In this document: positions 11,192 through 22,776 of the stretch, in pieces | Layout of the letters: every line of letters starts with the position of its first letter | How positions within the stretch are numbered: position 1 is the stretch's first letter | Assembly (NCBI GenBank): GCA_001179505.1 | Contig: CDMY01000630.1 | Coordinates: 1-46,475 of the forward strand | Source of the DNA: Vitrella brassicaformis CCMP3155 | Taxonomy: Eukaryota; Protista; Chromerida | Direction of reading: 5' to 3' | Length of the DNA: 46,475 bases | Translations under genes and position numbers: made by a program | The notes under the pieces: generated by a model | Told to the model about the DNA's origin: nothing | Seen by the model: the letters and a program-made list of their open reading frames with translations, nothing else | Databases searched by the model: none

Positions 11192-12670
11192 TCACCACCC
11201 CTCAATGAGGTCCTCATACCGCCCCATCTCCTCATCAAACCTGAACACAGACACACACACATGCACATGCATATGCCATCGATCAAATATGCCGCGTGTA
11301 TGTCCGTGTGACTGTGTGTGGTTCTCACCCGTTGGTGTCTCCCTCCATGTTCTCATCATCTCGCTGTTCGTCTTCCCCCTCTCCTTCGCTCTCGTCCTCC
11401 TCCCTCTCTCGTCACCCATGTCACGCGCAGCGCGCGAAGCCCTCTTGGCTTTGGCCTTTGCCTTGCCCCTCGCATGCCCACCCCCGCCCCCCTCTGTCTT
11501 GCGCTTCTTTTTCTTGCTCTTGCTCCTGCCGGCGCTCAGCCGGTCGAGTCGTCTCTGCAGCAGTGAGGTGAGGATGGCTTCGGCCTGGGGCCGGGTGAGG
11601 TCGGGGTGGTCGGCCGGTGCATGATCCTGCTGTGCGTCGATGCGGATTGTGGCTTGCGAATCGAGATTGTCGGGGGCGGGGTGAGGGTGATCGGTAGCAG
11701 CACCATTGGAGGCAGAAGTCCATGCAGTGTGCGCCGATGCCTCTAAAGAGAGCAAGGAGGAATGTTTTTGTGTTTATGTACAAGTGGGGATGAAGTGGTG
11801 CAAGTGTGTAACATATCCAGCCGCTGTAGTGCGAGTGATAGCTGCGACAGTACCTCATTGCGGTACTTGACATTCTGACCTTATGGAGAAGAAGCCAGCA
11901 CGTTAAAGCATGTCTCAGGCAATCGATGTGTCTCCGCCGTGTCTCACTTCTGAATGCGATGTCGCACAGATTGCTCGACATGATGGGCAGGAAGATAGTC
12001 TTGGCAGCCTCCGCCTGGATACATAAAGACGAGATAGGGTTGGTGGTTCTGGCAGGCAGACGCGTGCAGATCGGTGTATGTGTTCCTACTCAGGGATTCT
12101 GGCAGACAAGCAGACACACACAGGGGAAGAAATGCTGAGACCGGGTGAATGTGTATTGTACAGCTCTTTGGTGGTGACCACGCGCAGTCGCCTCCATTCG
12201 TCTGTCTTTTTTGCGATGGTCAACGTCACGCACTCAACACTCTGTAGGGGGCCGCTGCACACATGATATACACAGAGATATATGTCTGCGCTCTATTGTC
12301 CTCTTGTGTTGTGTGTCTCTCCCTACGCCTGCCCCTCCTCATTGTCATGGTCTTGCACGGTATTATTGATGGTGTTGTCCGTACTGTTGAGCGTAAGGCC
12401 GTACTGCTCGCCCTCCCGGGTGAGGAAGTCCCGCACCAAAGACGTCAGGCCACACGACAACGCCTCACCCGCAAGCAGAGGCATGCCGTCGGCACACAAG
12501 AAAAAGAGAGCACTTAATGCAGACGGTCTGAATGCTCTATCCTCACCTGAATGGTCCCATCATATATCTGTTCACCACTTCGCGTCGCAGCTCGTCACCT
12601 TGGAGGTCGTTCGCCTCCTCCTGGGTGGCGAGGGTCTGGAATGGTTCTGCGAGGGAGGCAGTCCCTCAAC
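11192..12670 (-). CDS. Possible multi-exon hypothetical gene with a basic K/R-rich C-terminal exon
   Basis: Exon-like open segments at ~12545-12670, ~12330-12510 and ~11250-11700 (SKSKKKKRK..GKAKAKAKR) lie between GT-rich intron-like tracts. No recognisable domain. Confidence 0.3.
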
Positions 12671-13195
12671 TGATACATACTAGACAGATGAGGGAGGCAG
12701 GGGGGAGGGAGGGAGGTGTGGTGCTGCTCTCTGGTCTGTCTGCATTAGGTCGCTCGTGTGCATGTGTGTCTGGATGTCTGCATGCCTGATTGGTGGTTCT
12801 GCTGTTTGGCCTTCCCGCATCCCTTGTGTGTCCGTTGATGTCTGCGCTGCTCTTACTTACTGTGTCGCATGTGTGCATGTATGCATTTCTGTCTGCCAAT
12901 TTGGTTGCTGGCTGTCATGACGGTTTTTCTCTGGTGTGTTGCTGTCTGTATGTAGAGGCGCATTGAACTGAAAACGCGACCGTCATGACCATCCTGTCAC
13001 CAAAAAAATCCCCTCACCATCACTCGATCTGTATGCAGACTGCCAAACGAAGAAGATGCTAGAGACAAAAGAACAGTTCAAGACGAAAAAGACTTCATAA
13101 CGCACGAGAGATGAATCCCTCAGCAGCACTCTACCCAGCCACTCGCAAACCTACTTGCCTTCGGCACACACAACATCCTCATCCCCTCTCCCTCA

Positions 13196-15235
13196 TCAAT
13201 CACTGCTGTTCCCTTTTTTCGCCGTCACGTCACCTCCAGCGATCTGCCGAAACTCAAACGGACACGTGACCTCCAGAGACCTGCCGAAAAGCAGCTTGTA
13301 GACAGCCCGGGATGGAATGACCCACTTGATAGGCATCCCATTGACTTGCACCACCCTGGCCTTGGCCTGTGGCCCCACCCCGCCCCGCATCCACACTGAC
13401 ACCATCTTCACTGACGACAGCTCGGGACACTTTGCCAAAAGGGCCGGCTCGACAGGCAGAGGATGGCTGATGTCGCCAGAGAGATCAGCAGCTATGCTCT
13501 CAGTGTCCTCTGGCAGTTCGTCTCCACGTTTGCACTGGTAGCCCCACACTTGTGTGAGCTTGCCATCCTCCGTCACGAAGATGAAGAGGTCGTACGTCTC
13601 AAACTGGTTGTTGCTGGGCTTGACAAAAAAGGCAGCACAGCCCTCGGCGAGTTCCGGATGGTCCCTCAGTGCCTGTGACAGGTATCCGCCTTGTTTCACG
13701 AATGCCTCGACAACATCAGAGAGCGTCGTCCAGTCGGAGTTCCTGATGCGGGTTCCGAAACTGCATTGACTGCGGATGACGGCAGGGGGAAGGGTGTTGT
13801 GAAGGTCCTTTGGAAGAGCAGCGATCTGGTCTTGCGCGTCGGGGTCGTCCTTGCGCAGGTCGCTCTGTATGAGGCGCAGACAGAGAGCAGCGGCACACGG
13901 CCCTTCCCACTGGTCTCCCGACTCGTCATCGGCCGTGTTGAGCTTCCACAAGTTAGCGGCGGCGGCATTGAGCCCGGAAACGACCAGAGAGCCTAAATCC
14001 TCTGGACGTTGGGCCAGCTTGTCGAGAACATAATAGAGATAGCAGGGGGGCCAGACGAACACCTCTTCTCCCAAACCGTCCTCTTTGAAGACATCCAGAA
14101 GCTCCTCCCACTCTCGGAGGCCATACCGAGGCTCAGTCCCACTGACGGCTGTGTCGATGACGGACCATAGGATGCGGACGGCATCTGTCGGACCTCGCAG
14201 AGCAAGCTGCGGGAGGCATTTAATCAGAAACTTCGGCAGCAGGTCCGTTCTGGACCATTCCCACAGGAGCGCTGGGCTGCGTCCTGCCCAGCATATCTGT
14301 GCCGTGTTGGCGCCATAGAGATAGAGGCGCCCGCTCACGAGTTCCAGGTCTTCCTTCTCGATGCGGGGCAGTGAGGGGGAGAGGACCGTGCGACGGCTGG
14401 GAGACTGGAGGAATTTGCTGAGGTCAGCGAAGGGTCGGTTGACGTGGCTGCTGAAGGCAAAGTATCTGTTCCCCTTGAGAAGGAAGACGTCCTTGAGCCA
14501 CTTGCCCACTTCATTTTCTGCATTGCTTCGCCGTTCATCACGGGTGACGAAGTTGTTCAACTCATCGATGAGCAAGACAGCCCCCTCCGTCCCCAGCCAG
14601 TCGAGGATTGTCTGCTCGTTTATAGACGCATGCATGATCCACTTGTCGAACTTCAGCTTGTCCATAGCCACCCCTGCCGCATCTGCCACTTCCTCTATTG
14701 CTGTCGGTGTCCTGGCCGCCCACGCCACGCGCATGAAGAGAGAGTCGTTCAGAGATGGTAAGAGTCTGACCTCCTCGACTGTGTACGCGGTTTCATCGTT
14801 GAAAGAGATCTGAATGACGGGGATGCCCTCCTCGCGCAGCTTCGTGCCCATCTCTCTCAGTGTCCTGGTCTTGCCTCCACGAGAGAATCTTGTGAAGAGC
14901 ATCGGCATGATGCGATCGTTTCGGGTGTCCCAGTATTGGTGATATTCGGGCAGCAACAGGTCGTATGCTGTGTCGACGAAGCGACGGCCGATGAAGTCGG
15001 GGCTGTCGTCGCTCTCCAACGGTCGGAGCGGCACTTCTGCGGGGCGGTAGAGGTGATCTCGTGTGAGCTCGACAACACGCTCTGCGGACACACAACACGC
15101 ACACACACGCGTAACTATCTGGCTTGCTATCTGCCTGCATGCCTGCCCCTTTGCCTGGCTCTGTGCGTGTTTGCGTACTTGTCTCGGCCAGTCCTCTCGT
15201 TGACGAATCAGCCAACTCTGCAGGCTCGGGCAGCT
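13196..15235 (-). CDS. Crinkler/RHS-type protein: P-loop NTPase + C-terminal PD-(D/E)xK-like REase domain
   Basis: Large exon 15081-13196 has a Walker A variant RFSRGGKT (14866-14889), Walker B AVLLIDE, and REase-like TYDLFIFV...WGYQCK (~13529-13594). A phase-compatible small exon lies at 15179-15235. Further 5' exons are unresolved. Confidence 0.7.
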   Translation of the reverse strand, partial: SCPSLQSWLIRQREDWPRQVRKHAQSQAKGQACRQIASQIVTRVCACCVSAERVVELTRDHLYRPAEVPLRPLESDDSPDFIGRRFVDTAYDLLLPEYHQYWDTRNDRIMPMLFTRFSRGGKTRTLREMGTKLREEGIPVIQISFNDETAYTVEEVRLLPSLNDSLFMRVAWAARTPTAIEEVADAAGVAMDKLKFDKWIMHASINEQTILDWLGTEGAVLLIDELNNFVTRDERRSNAENEVGKWLKDVFLLKGNRYFAFSSHVNRPFADLSKFLQSPSRRTVLSPSLPRIEKEDLELVSGRLYLYGANTAQICWAGRSPALLWEWSRTDLLPKFLIKCLPQLALRGPTDAVRILWSVIDTAVSGTEPRYGLREWEELLDVFKEDGLGEEVFVWPPCYLYYVLDKLAQRPEDLGSLVVSGLNAAAANLWKLNTADDESGDQWEGPCAAALCLRLIQSDLRKDDPDAQDQIAALPKDLHNTLPPAVIRSQCSFGTRIRNSDWTTLSDVVEAFVKQGGYLSQALRDHPELAEGCAAFFVKPSNNQFETYDLFIFVTEDGKLTQVWGYQCKRGDELPEDTESIAADLSGDISHPLPVEPALLAKCPELSSVKMVSVWMRGGVGPQAKARVVQVNGMPIKWVIPSRAVYKLLFGRSLEVTCPFEFRQIAGGDVTAKKGNSSD

Positions 15236-16335
15236 CTGACAGAAACACAAGTGCATACGCAGAGAAGATGATCACATACATCCGTGGGGTGTGTGGGTCC
15301 GTCCGTTCGTACACACCCGGAAGTGGCTTCCCGACTGCCACCCATCCCGAAACACCTAGCTGCTTCACCGCGGCATAGAAGGAGACTTGACCCTACGCAT
15401 GCAAATCATGGGTGAGCCACACGATCACTCTTAGCGCTGTCGAGGTGTATTCAAGTAAGAGCGCCCTCACCTCCTCCTGCAGTCGAATGAGCAATGCCTC
15501 ATACTCTTCCCGATCTTCCTTGCCGTCATCGCTGCGTGAGGAGCTATTCGGCACTGTGCGGCTCTCACCGTGCGGCCATCTGAATGATGTGAATGGCATT
15601 AATGCACACACAGGGTGGCATGTCCCGCCATCCTCAGGCTGCCTTTGCGTGTATATATGTACCTGGCTGCATCAGCGGTCGCTGTCTGCCGCCTTGCGAT
15701 GAACCGATGGAGCGACACAAGGGGCGATGTAGAGGATTCGAGCACCTGATCCAGCCGCACACAGAAAGGGAAACCACACCATGAGCTAGCTAGATAGATA
15801 TATATCATCTTCCTGTCCACCCAACTAACCTGAAGACGTTTGGCATTGTGGCGATGCCCACCGATGACACTCACGGACGCCTGCTCTGGCCCTCCAGCGA
15901 TGAAGGCAGATCCGCTCAAGGCCCTCCCTTCGTGTGCGCGGCGCATCATCGCCATCTTCTTGTGTGACGTGCCGAGGGTCATGATGTGCATGACGCTCGT
16001 CAGGAGCACCCAAAGGACACATGTGAGGCGCGACGAGGCGGCTGGTCGCATGTCAACAAGACAGAAGCCGGTAACAGTGGCGCTGCGCATCTTGAGAGCC
16101 AAGGACGGACGAATGCGGCGAGTCGAGGCAAAGTCGGTGGTCACAGGGCCACGCGCCTGCCTGCACGTTACGAACACACACAACGAAATGGAGTCCATGC
16201 AGCCATGCATCTGAACCCATACTCACCGCTCTATCTTTCAGCAGCAGAGATGCGTCAGTCAGGATAGCCGAGATCTCGCAGAGAAGAGAAGTCATGGCGC
16301 GCTGCACCAAAAAACCGATGATCAGTTTCACGAAC

Positions 16336-17175
16336 AATACAACCGGGCCTGACGTTTTTGGCTGCGTGCTCGTGATGTTGCGTCTCGTAGATCGCGTCCC
16401 TGCCTTCTCAGCTTTGCTTTTTCGCCCTATGACTGCTGTACAACACTGCCAAGGGCCTGGCTGTCGGTTCCCTCACACCTGAATCGCCTATTTGCCTTCC
16501 TGGTATGCATGCGTGTGGAACACGGAAAGGGAACGAGGGCACGGAAATGGACATATGTGTGTGTTCGTGTGTGGGTCTATGCGTCGTCGATGTGCTGTTG
16601 TCGTGGTGTGGTGTGGCAGGTTGTTTTTCGCACTCTTCTGTCGCGCCGCTGTTCCGTTTGGGTGCGCTGTACAACACTATGTGGTTCGCAAGCGTACACA
16701 CTGACTGGATGGCTAGCTTGTCAGTGACCATTGTGTTGGTGGTGTTCTGTTGATGTGGTGACTATGGCAGGTTGTTTTCCGCACCCTCTGTCGTGTCGCT
16801 TTTCGTTCGGGTGCACTTTTGCTATCACTCCCTGGTGCGCACCAAGACAGACAGAAAGACAGACACACCGACCACATACACCACACTGTCTGTGTGGCTG
16901 CCTGGCTGTGCATGCAATGTCCTCAGACGTGTTGTTTGCTTTTGCCGGTCGTCTGCGAGTTTGGCAGCGGCAGTTCCCTGCCTTGTCAACGCTCACAGCG
17001 CCCATTGGTTGAGCTCGCTGCATGACCGGCACTGCATAGAAGACCTTCACGTCTGACATCTATTCATTCAATCACTCTCGAGTCCCCGCGCTTGAGTCGA
17101 CCTGTGTTGATCTAGACCATCCCCACCGAATGGTCTAAGCAGAGCACAAGACAACCAACTACAGCCTCATCAGAA
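16336..17175 (+). repeat. Dispersed ~830-bp repeat A, copy 1
   Basis: Colinear with 21539-22369 (roughly 85% by eye). Starts AATACAACCGGGCCTGACG and ends ACAGCCTCATCAGAA. Contains an internal ~150-bp dimer (TGGCAGGTTGTTTT.. at ~16614 and ~16765) and a TAGACCAT/ATGGTCTA hairpin at 17112-17137. Confidence 0.9.
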
Positions 17176-18213
17176 GTCCACATCCTGGACGTCCGGAGCA
17201 ATTCGTCACTTACCGAGTGTGACGTTCGCTCTCTGGCCAACGTGACGGGAGCCTCCATCGTTCTCTGCGTCCTTGCCGAGGAACAGTTCCAGGACCTCAC
17301 CATTCCGCTCTTGCTTCGCGAGCATGAGACAGTTCACCTGGAAGGCGGACGTGTGCAGCGGCCCAGGACAGCCCTGGAGCCCTTCCCTCCCCCGCCACCG
17401 GTTCTCTTCATTTTCTACGCTGGCAACCACTTCATGTCCCTGCTGCCGTTGGATGCGAGTGATCCTGCAGCGGGTGCGGAGGCCGCAGGCGACTGGTATC
17501 GATGTGGTGAGTGGCCGTGCGCCTGTGTGGAAACTGCGAGAGATGGTGGCCATGCTGCGGGCCCGTCGGTTGCCCTCGGGAATCCATCGGAGGCACGTCC
17601 CCCCGCTGCCATCGATGGACCGACCCGCCTTGTGCCGCCCCCCTCTCACCCGGAGGGCGTCACCAACCGAGGTACCTCACCCCGCTCGGACCTCCGACGC
17701 CAGCGTCGTACCGGACGACAACGGCAACGCCGCACTCGCAGGCGTTTGCAAGAGGGAGCAGTCACTTCGATACGTAAGGACTTGGAGGATGAAGTGGAGT
17801 CCAGCGGCCCGGAACATCGACACGACCAGGACACCTACATGGAATTGGTCAGTAGCGATGCAGCCCCGCCCATAGGAAACGACCAAGAAGTCGACGGGAC
17901 AAACGAACTGGGAGACACGGTGGATGGACGTGGTTGGATGGATATTGCGGAGGATCGCGATTTGACAGTGGGCGTGGGAGGGGCAAGTGCCAGCCGGCAA
18001 CTCACCCCGGATGAGCTGATATCTCGCGAGGGCCGCGGACCCTCGGGTGCGGATCCACTTTCGGCGGCGGGGCCCAATAGCAACGATCGCCCCACACTTC
18101 CCCCTGATCGGCTCGGCGCTTTGGGTGACATGACGTCGCGCGAGGGCTATGACCCGGACAACCGTGGCCCGCCCAAGGGCCTTCGAGACTTGGACGACAT
18201 CCTTGATGCTTGA
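17173..18213 (+). pseudogene. 5'-truncated ORF with the C-terminal half of an OTU-like cysteine protease and a low-complexity tail
   Basis: ECDVRSLANVTGASIVLCV and PVLFIFYAGNHFMSLLP resemble the OTU helix and His motifs. There is no start codon or catalytic Cys segment. The stop TGA overlaps the first satellite monomer. Confidence 0.45.
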
Positions 18214-21200
18214 CATTCATCATATACACGCACTCCAAGTCCACACATGCCTGCGCACCCCTGCGCACAGAGACATTCATGATATACACGCACTCCAAGT
18301 CCACACGTGCATGCGCAGGGGTGCGCACGCAGACATTCATCATATACACGCACTCCAAGTCAACGCATCGTCGTGCACAGAGACATTCATGACATACACG
18401 CACTCCAAGTCCACACGTGCATACGCAGGGGCGCGCACAGAGGCATTCATGACATACACGCACTCCAAGTCCAGACGTGCATGCGCCGGAGTGCGCACAG
18501 AGACATTCATGATATACACGCACTCCAAGTTTACACGTGCCTGCGCAGGGGTGCGCACAGAGGCATTCATCATATACACGCAGGTGTGCGCACAGAGACT
18601 TTCATGACATACACACACTCCAAGTCCACACGTGCATGCACAGGTGTGCGCACAGTGACATTCCCCATATACACGGACTCCAAGTCCACAGACGTGCATG
18701 CACAGGTGCGCACAGGCACAGAGACATTCATGATATACACGCACTCCAAGTCCACGCGTGCATGCGCAGGGGTGCGCACAGAGACATTCATGATATACAC
18801 GCAGGTGTGCGCACACAGACATTCATGATATACACGCACTCCAAGGCCACGCGTGCATGCGCAGGGGTGCGCACAGAGACATTCATGATATACACGCAGG
18901 TGTGCGCACAGAGACATTCATGATATACACGCACTCCAAGTCCACGCGTGCATGCGCAGGGGTGCGCACAGAGACATTCATGATATACACGCAGGTGTGC
19001 GCACACAGACATTCATGATATACACGCACTCCAAGTCCACACGTGCCTGCGCAGGGGTGCGCACAGAGACATTCATGATATACACGCAGGTGTGCGCACA
19101 GAGAGGCATTCATGACATACACGCAGTCCAAGTCCACACGTGCATGCGCAGGTGTGCGCACACAGACATTCATCACATACACACACTCCAAGTCCACACG
19201 TGCATGCGCGGGAGTGCGCACAGAGACATTTATCATATACACGCACTCCAAGTCCACACGCAAGTCCACACGTGCATGCGCAGGTGTGCGCACAGAGACA
19301 TTCATCATATACACGCACTCCAAGTCCACACGTAAATGCGCATGTTCATGCGCAGGTGTGCGCACACAGACGTACATCATATACACACACTCCAAGTCCA
19401 CACGTGCATGCGGACGTGCATGCGCAGGTGTGCGCACACAGACATTCATGACATACACGCACTCCAAGTCCACACGTGCCATGCACTTCAAGTCCACACG
19501 TGCATGCGCAGGAGTGCGCAGACAGACATTCATCATGTACACACACACTCCAAGCCCAAACGTGCATGCGCAGGTGTGCGCACACAGACGTTCATGCGCA
19601 CACAGACGTTCATCATATACACACACTCCAAGTCCACACGTGCATGCGCAGGTGTGCGCACAGAGACATTTATCATATACACGCACTCCAAGTCCACAAG
19701 TGCATGCGCAGGTTTGCGCAGCTGTGCGCACACAGACATTCATGACATACACGCACTCCCAGTCCACACGTGCCATGCACTTCAAGTCCACACGTGCATG
19801 CGGACATGCATGCACAGGTGTGCGCACACAGACATTCATCATATACACACACTCCAAGTCGACACGTGCATGCGCAGGTGTGCCCACACAGACATTCATC
19901 ATATACACACCAAGTCGACACGTGCATGCGCAGGTGTGCGCACACAGACATTCAGTACGTGCACACACTCCAAGTCGACACGTGCACGCGCAGGTGTGCG
20001 CACACAGACATTCATTATATACACACACTCCAAGTCGACACGTGCACGCGCAGGTGTGCGCACAGAGACATTCATCATATACACACACTCCAAGTCGACA
20101 TGTAGGTACGCAAGGCTGCGCGCACTCCAAGTCGACACGTGCATGCGCAGAGGTGCGCACAGAGACACTCATAAGATACACACACTCCAAGTCGACACGT
20201 GCATGCGCACACCTACACACTCCCAGTCGACGCGTGCATGCGCAGGTGTGCGCACAGAGACATTCATCATATACACACACTCCAAGTCCACGCGTGCATG
20301 GACATTCATGATATACACGCACTCCAAGTCGACGCGTGCATGCTGCATGCGCAGGTGTGCGCACAGAGACATTCATCATATACACACACTCCAAGTCGAC
20401 GAGGTGTGCGCATACAGACATTCGTCATATACACGCACTCCAAGTCGACACGTGAATGCGCAGGGGTGCGCACAGAGACATTCATGATATACACACACTC
20501 TAAGTCGACACGTGCATGCGCAAGGGTGCCCGTACACACGTTCATTATATCCACAGAATACAACCGGGCCTGACGTTTTGGCTGCGTGCTCGTGATCTTG
20601 CGTCTCGTGGATCGCGTCTTGCCTTCTCAGTTAGCTTTTTCGGCCCATTGCTGCTGTACAACACTGCCAAGGGCCTGGCTGTCGTCTCCCTCACACCTGA
20701 ATCGCCCACCTGCCTTCCTGGTATGCATGCGTGTGGAATACTGAAAGGGAACGAGGGCACGGAAATGGACGCATATGTGTGTGTTCGTGTGTGGGTCTGN
20801 NNNNNNNNNNNNNNNNNNNNNNNNNNNNNNNNNNNNNNNNNNNNNNNNNNNNNNNNNNNNNNNNNNNNNNNNNNNNNNNNNNNNNNNNNNNNNNNNNNNN
20901 NNNNNNNNNNNNNNNNNNNNNNNNNNNNNNNNNNNNNNNNNNNNNNNNNNNNNNNNNNNNNNNNNNNNNNNNNNNNNNNNNNNNNNNNNNNNNNNNNNNN
21001 NNNNNNNNNNNNNNNNNNNNNNNNNNNNNNNNNNNNNNNNNNNNNNNNNNNNNNNNNNNNNNNNNNNNNNNNNNNNNNNNNNNNNNNNNNNNNNNNNNNA
21101 TCATATACACGCACTCCAAGTCCACACGTGCATGCGCAGGTGTGCGCACAGAGACATTCATCATATACACACGCTCCAAGTCCACACCTGCATGCGCACA

Positions 21201-21538
21201 CCTACACACTCCCAGTCGACGCGTGCATGCGCAGGTGTGCGCACAGAGACATTCATCATATACACACACTCCAAGTCCACGCGTGCATGGACATTCATGA
21301 TATACACGCACTCCAAGTCGACGCGTGCATGCGCAGGTGTGCGCACAGAGACATTCATCATATACACACACTCCAAGTCGACGAGGTGTGCGCATACAGA
21401 CATTCGTCATATACACGCACTCCAAGTCGACACGTGAATGCGCAGGGGTGCGCACAGAGACATTCATGATATACACACACTCTAAGTCGACACGTGCATG
21501 CGCAAGGGTGCCCGTACACACGTTCATTATATCCACAG
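18212..21538 (+). repeat. 60-bp tandem satellite array 1 (includes gap-associated duplication 20559-21099)
   Basis: Consensus ACATTCATCATATACACGCACTCCAAGTCCACACGTGCATGCGCAGGTGTGCGCACAGAG. The period of 60 is visible as column alignment from 18241. Many monomers are truncated. Confidence 0.97.
20800..21099. other. 300-N gap with duplicated flanks (~20120-20799 vs ~21100-21781)
   Basis: The satellite end plus the first 240 bp of repeat A recur at an offset of ~982 with minor differences. Probable contig overlap. Confidence 0.8.
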
Positions 21539-22369
21539 AATACAACCGGGCCTGACGTTTTGGCTGCGTGCTCGTGATCTTGCGTCTCGTGGATCGCGTC
21601 TTGCCTTCTCAGTTAGCTTTTTCGGCCCATTGCTGCTGTACAACACTGCCAAGGGCCTGGCTGTCGTCTCCCTCACACCTGAATCGCCCACCTGCCTTCC
21701 TGGTATGCATGCGTGTGGAATACTGAAAGGGAACGAGGGCACGGAAATGGACGCATATGTGTGTGTTCGTGTGTGGGTCTGTGCGTCGTCGGTGTGCTGT
21801 TGTCGTGGTGTCGTGTGGCAGGTTGTTTTTCGCACTCTGCTGTCGCTCCGCTGTTCCGTTTGAGTGCACTGCACAACACTATCTGGTTCGCAAGAGTATA
21901 CACTGACTGGATGGCTGACATGTCAGCGACCATTGTGTTGGTGGTGTTCTGTTGGTGTCGTGACTATGGCAGGTTGTTTTTTCGCACCCTCTGTCGTGTC
22001 GCTTTTCGTTCGGGTGCACTTTTGCCACCACTCTCTGGTGCGTATCAAGACAGACAGAAAAGGCAGACAGACGCACCAACCACACAGTGGCTGCCTGGCT
22101 GTGCATGCAATGTCCTCAGGCGTGTTGTTTTGCTTTTGCCGGTTGTCTGTAAGTTTGGCAGCGGCAGTTCCCTGCCTTGTCAACGCTCACAGCGCCCATT
22201 GGTTGAGCTCGCTGCATGACCGGCACTGCATAGAGGACTTTCACGACTGACGTTCATTCGTTCAATCACTCTCGGGTCCCCGCGCTTGAGTCGACCTGTG
22301 TTGATCTAGACCATCACCACCGAATGGTTTAAGCAGAGCACAAGACAACCAACTACAGCCTCATCAGAA
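21539..22369 (+). repeat. Dispersed ~830-bp repeat A, copy 2
   Basis: Same termini and order as 16336-17175. An ~80-nt core (TTGGCAGCGG...CACTGCATAGA) is identical in both copies. Confidence 0.9.
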
Positions 22370-22776
22370 ACAGCTCGAAACGAACCATGAAGGCCGCGCG
22401 GACAGTTGGTGACGATGGAGATCTATCATTCGTCATTTGCAAGAATTCACAAGCACCGAACGTCGGGAACCCCGCAACTTGAGATGCGGTGAGTGAGTGA
22501 GGCGAGCAAAGCATTGGGCGGGGAGAAGCAAGGCAGCGCTGAATCGTTCATGGTCTGCTTGCTCTGTGTGTTTGTCGTGCAGGCCATTAGCTCTGCGCAC
22601 AGGTGAGAAACAATGGCATCTGTGACAGCCTCAGACGACTGATCCATGTACGGTGTGTGTGTGTGCAGTGCATTGATTACCTCCAAACACGTGCAGAGGA
22701 TGACAACACCGACTTCGTGACGTGCCCCTACAGATACGAGTAAGACACACAAGACGACTCATGAAAGGGCGGCCGC

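Noticed and set aside
16317-16356. C/D-box snoRNA (ATGAT...CTGA) or spliced-leader RNA at motif 1
   Set aside because: Too short, the C box is imperfect, and there is no Sm site or SL-like donor structure.
7511-16360. 8.85-kb DNA transposon with ~30-40-bp terminal inverted repeats (CAAAAACGTCAGGCCCGGTTG...)
   Set aside because: The geometry fits, but there is no TSD or transposase. The motif is the 5' start of repeat A in other copies and is paired with motif 2 on the outer side at both ends. Kept only as an alternative.
18212-20555. CRISPR-like array
   Set aside because: Monomers abut each other with no unique spacers, there are no cas genes, and the context is eukaryotic.
18149-21555. Long His/Cys/Thr-rich ORFs (e.g. 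18883-20421, 19112-20311), and likewise 43363-46433
   Set aside because: They are translations of a 60-bp (20-codon) satellite that is open in several frames on both strands, with frame-breaking indels between monomers.
16336-22369. LTR retrotransposon with repeat A as LTRs
   Set aside because: No TG..CA ends, PBS/PPT, TSD or gag-pol inside, and the copies are notably diverged.
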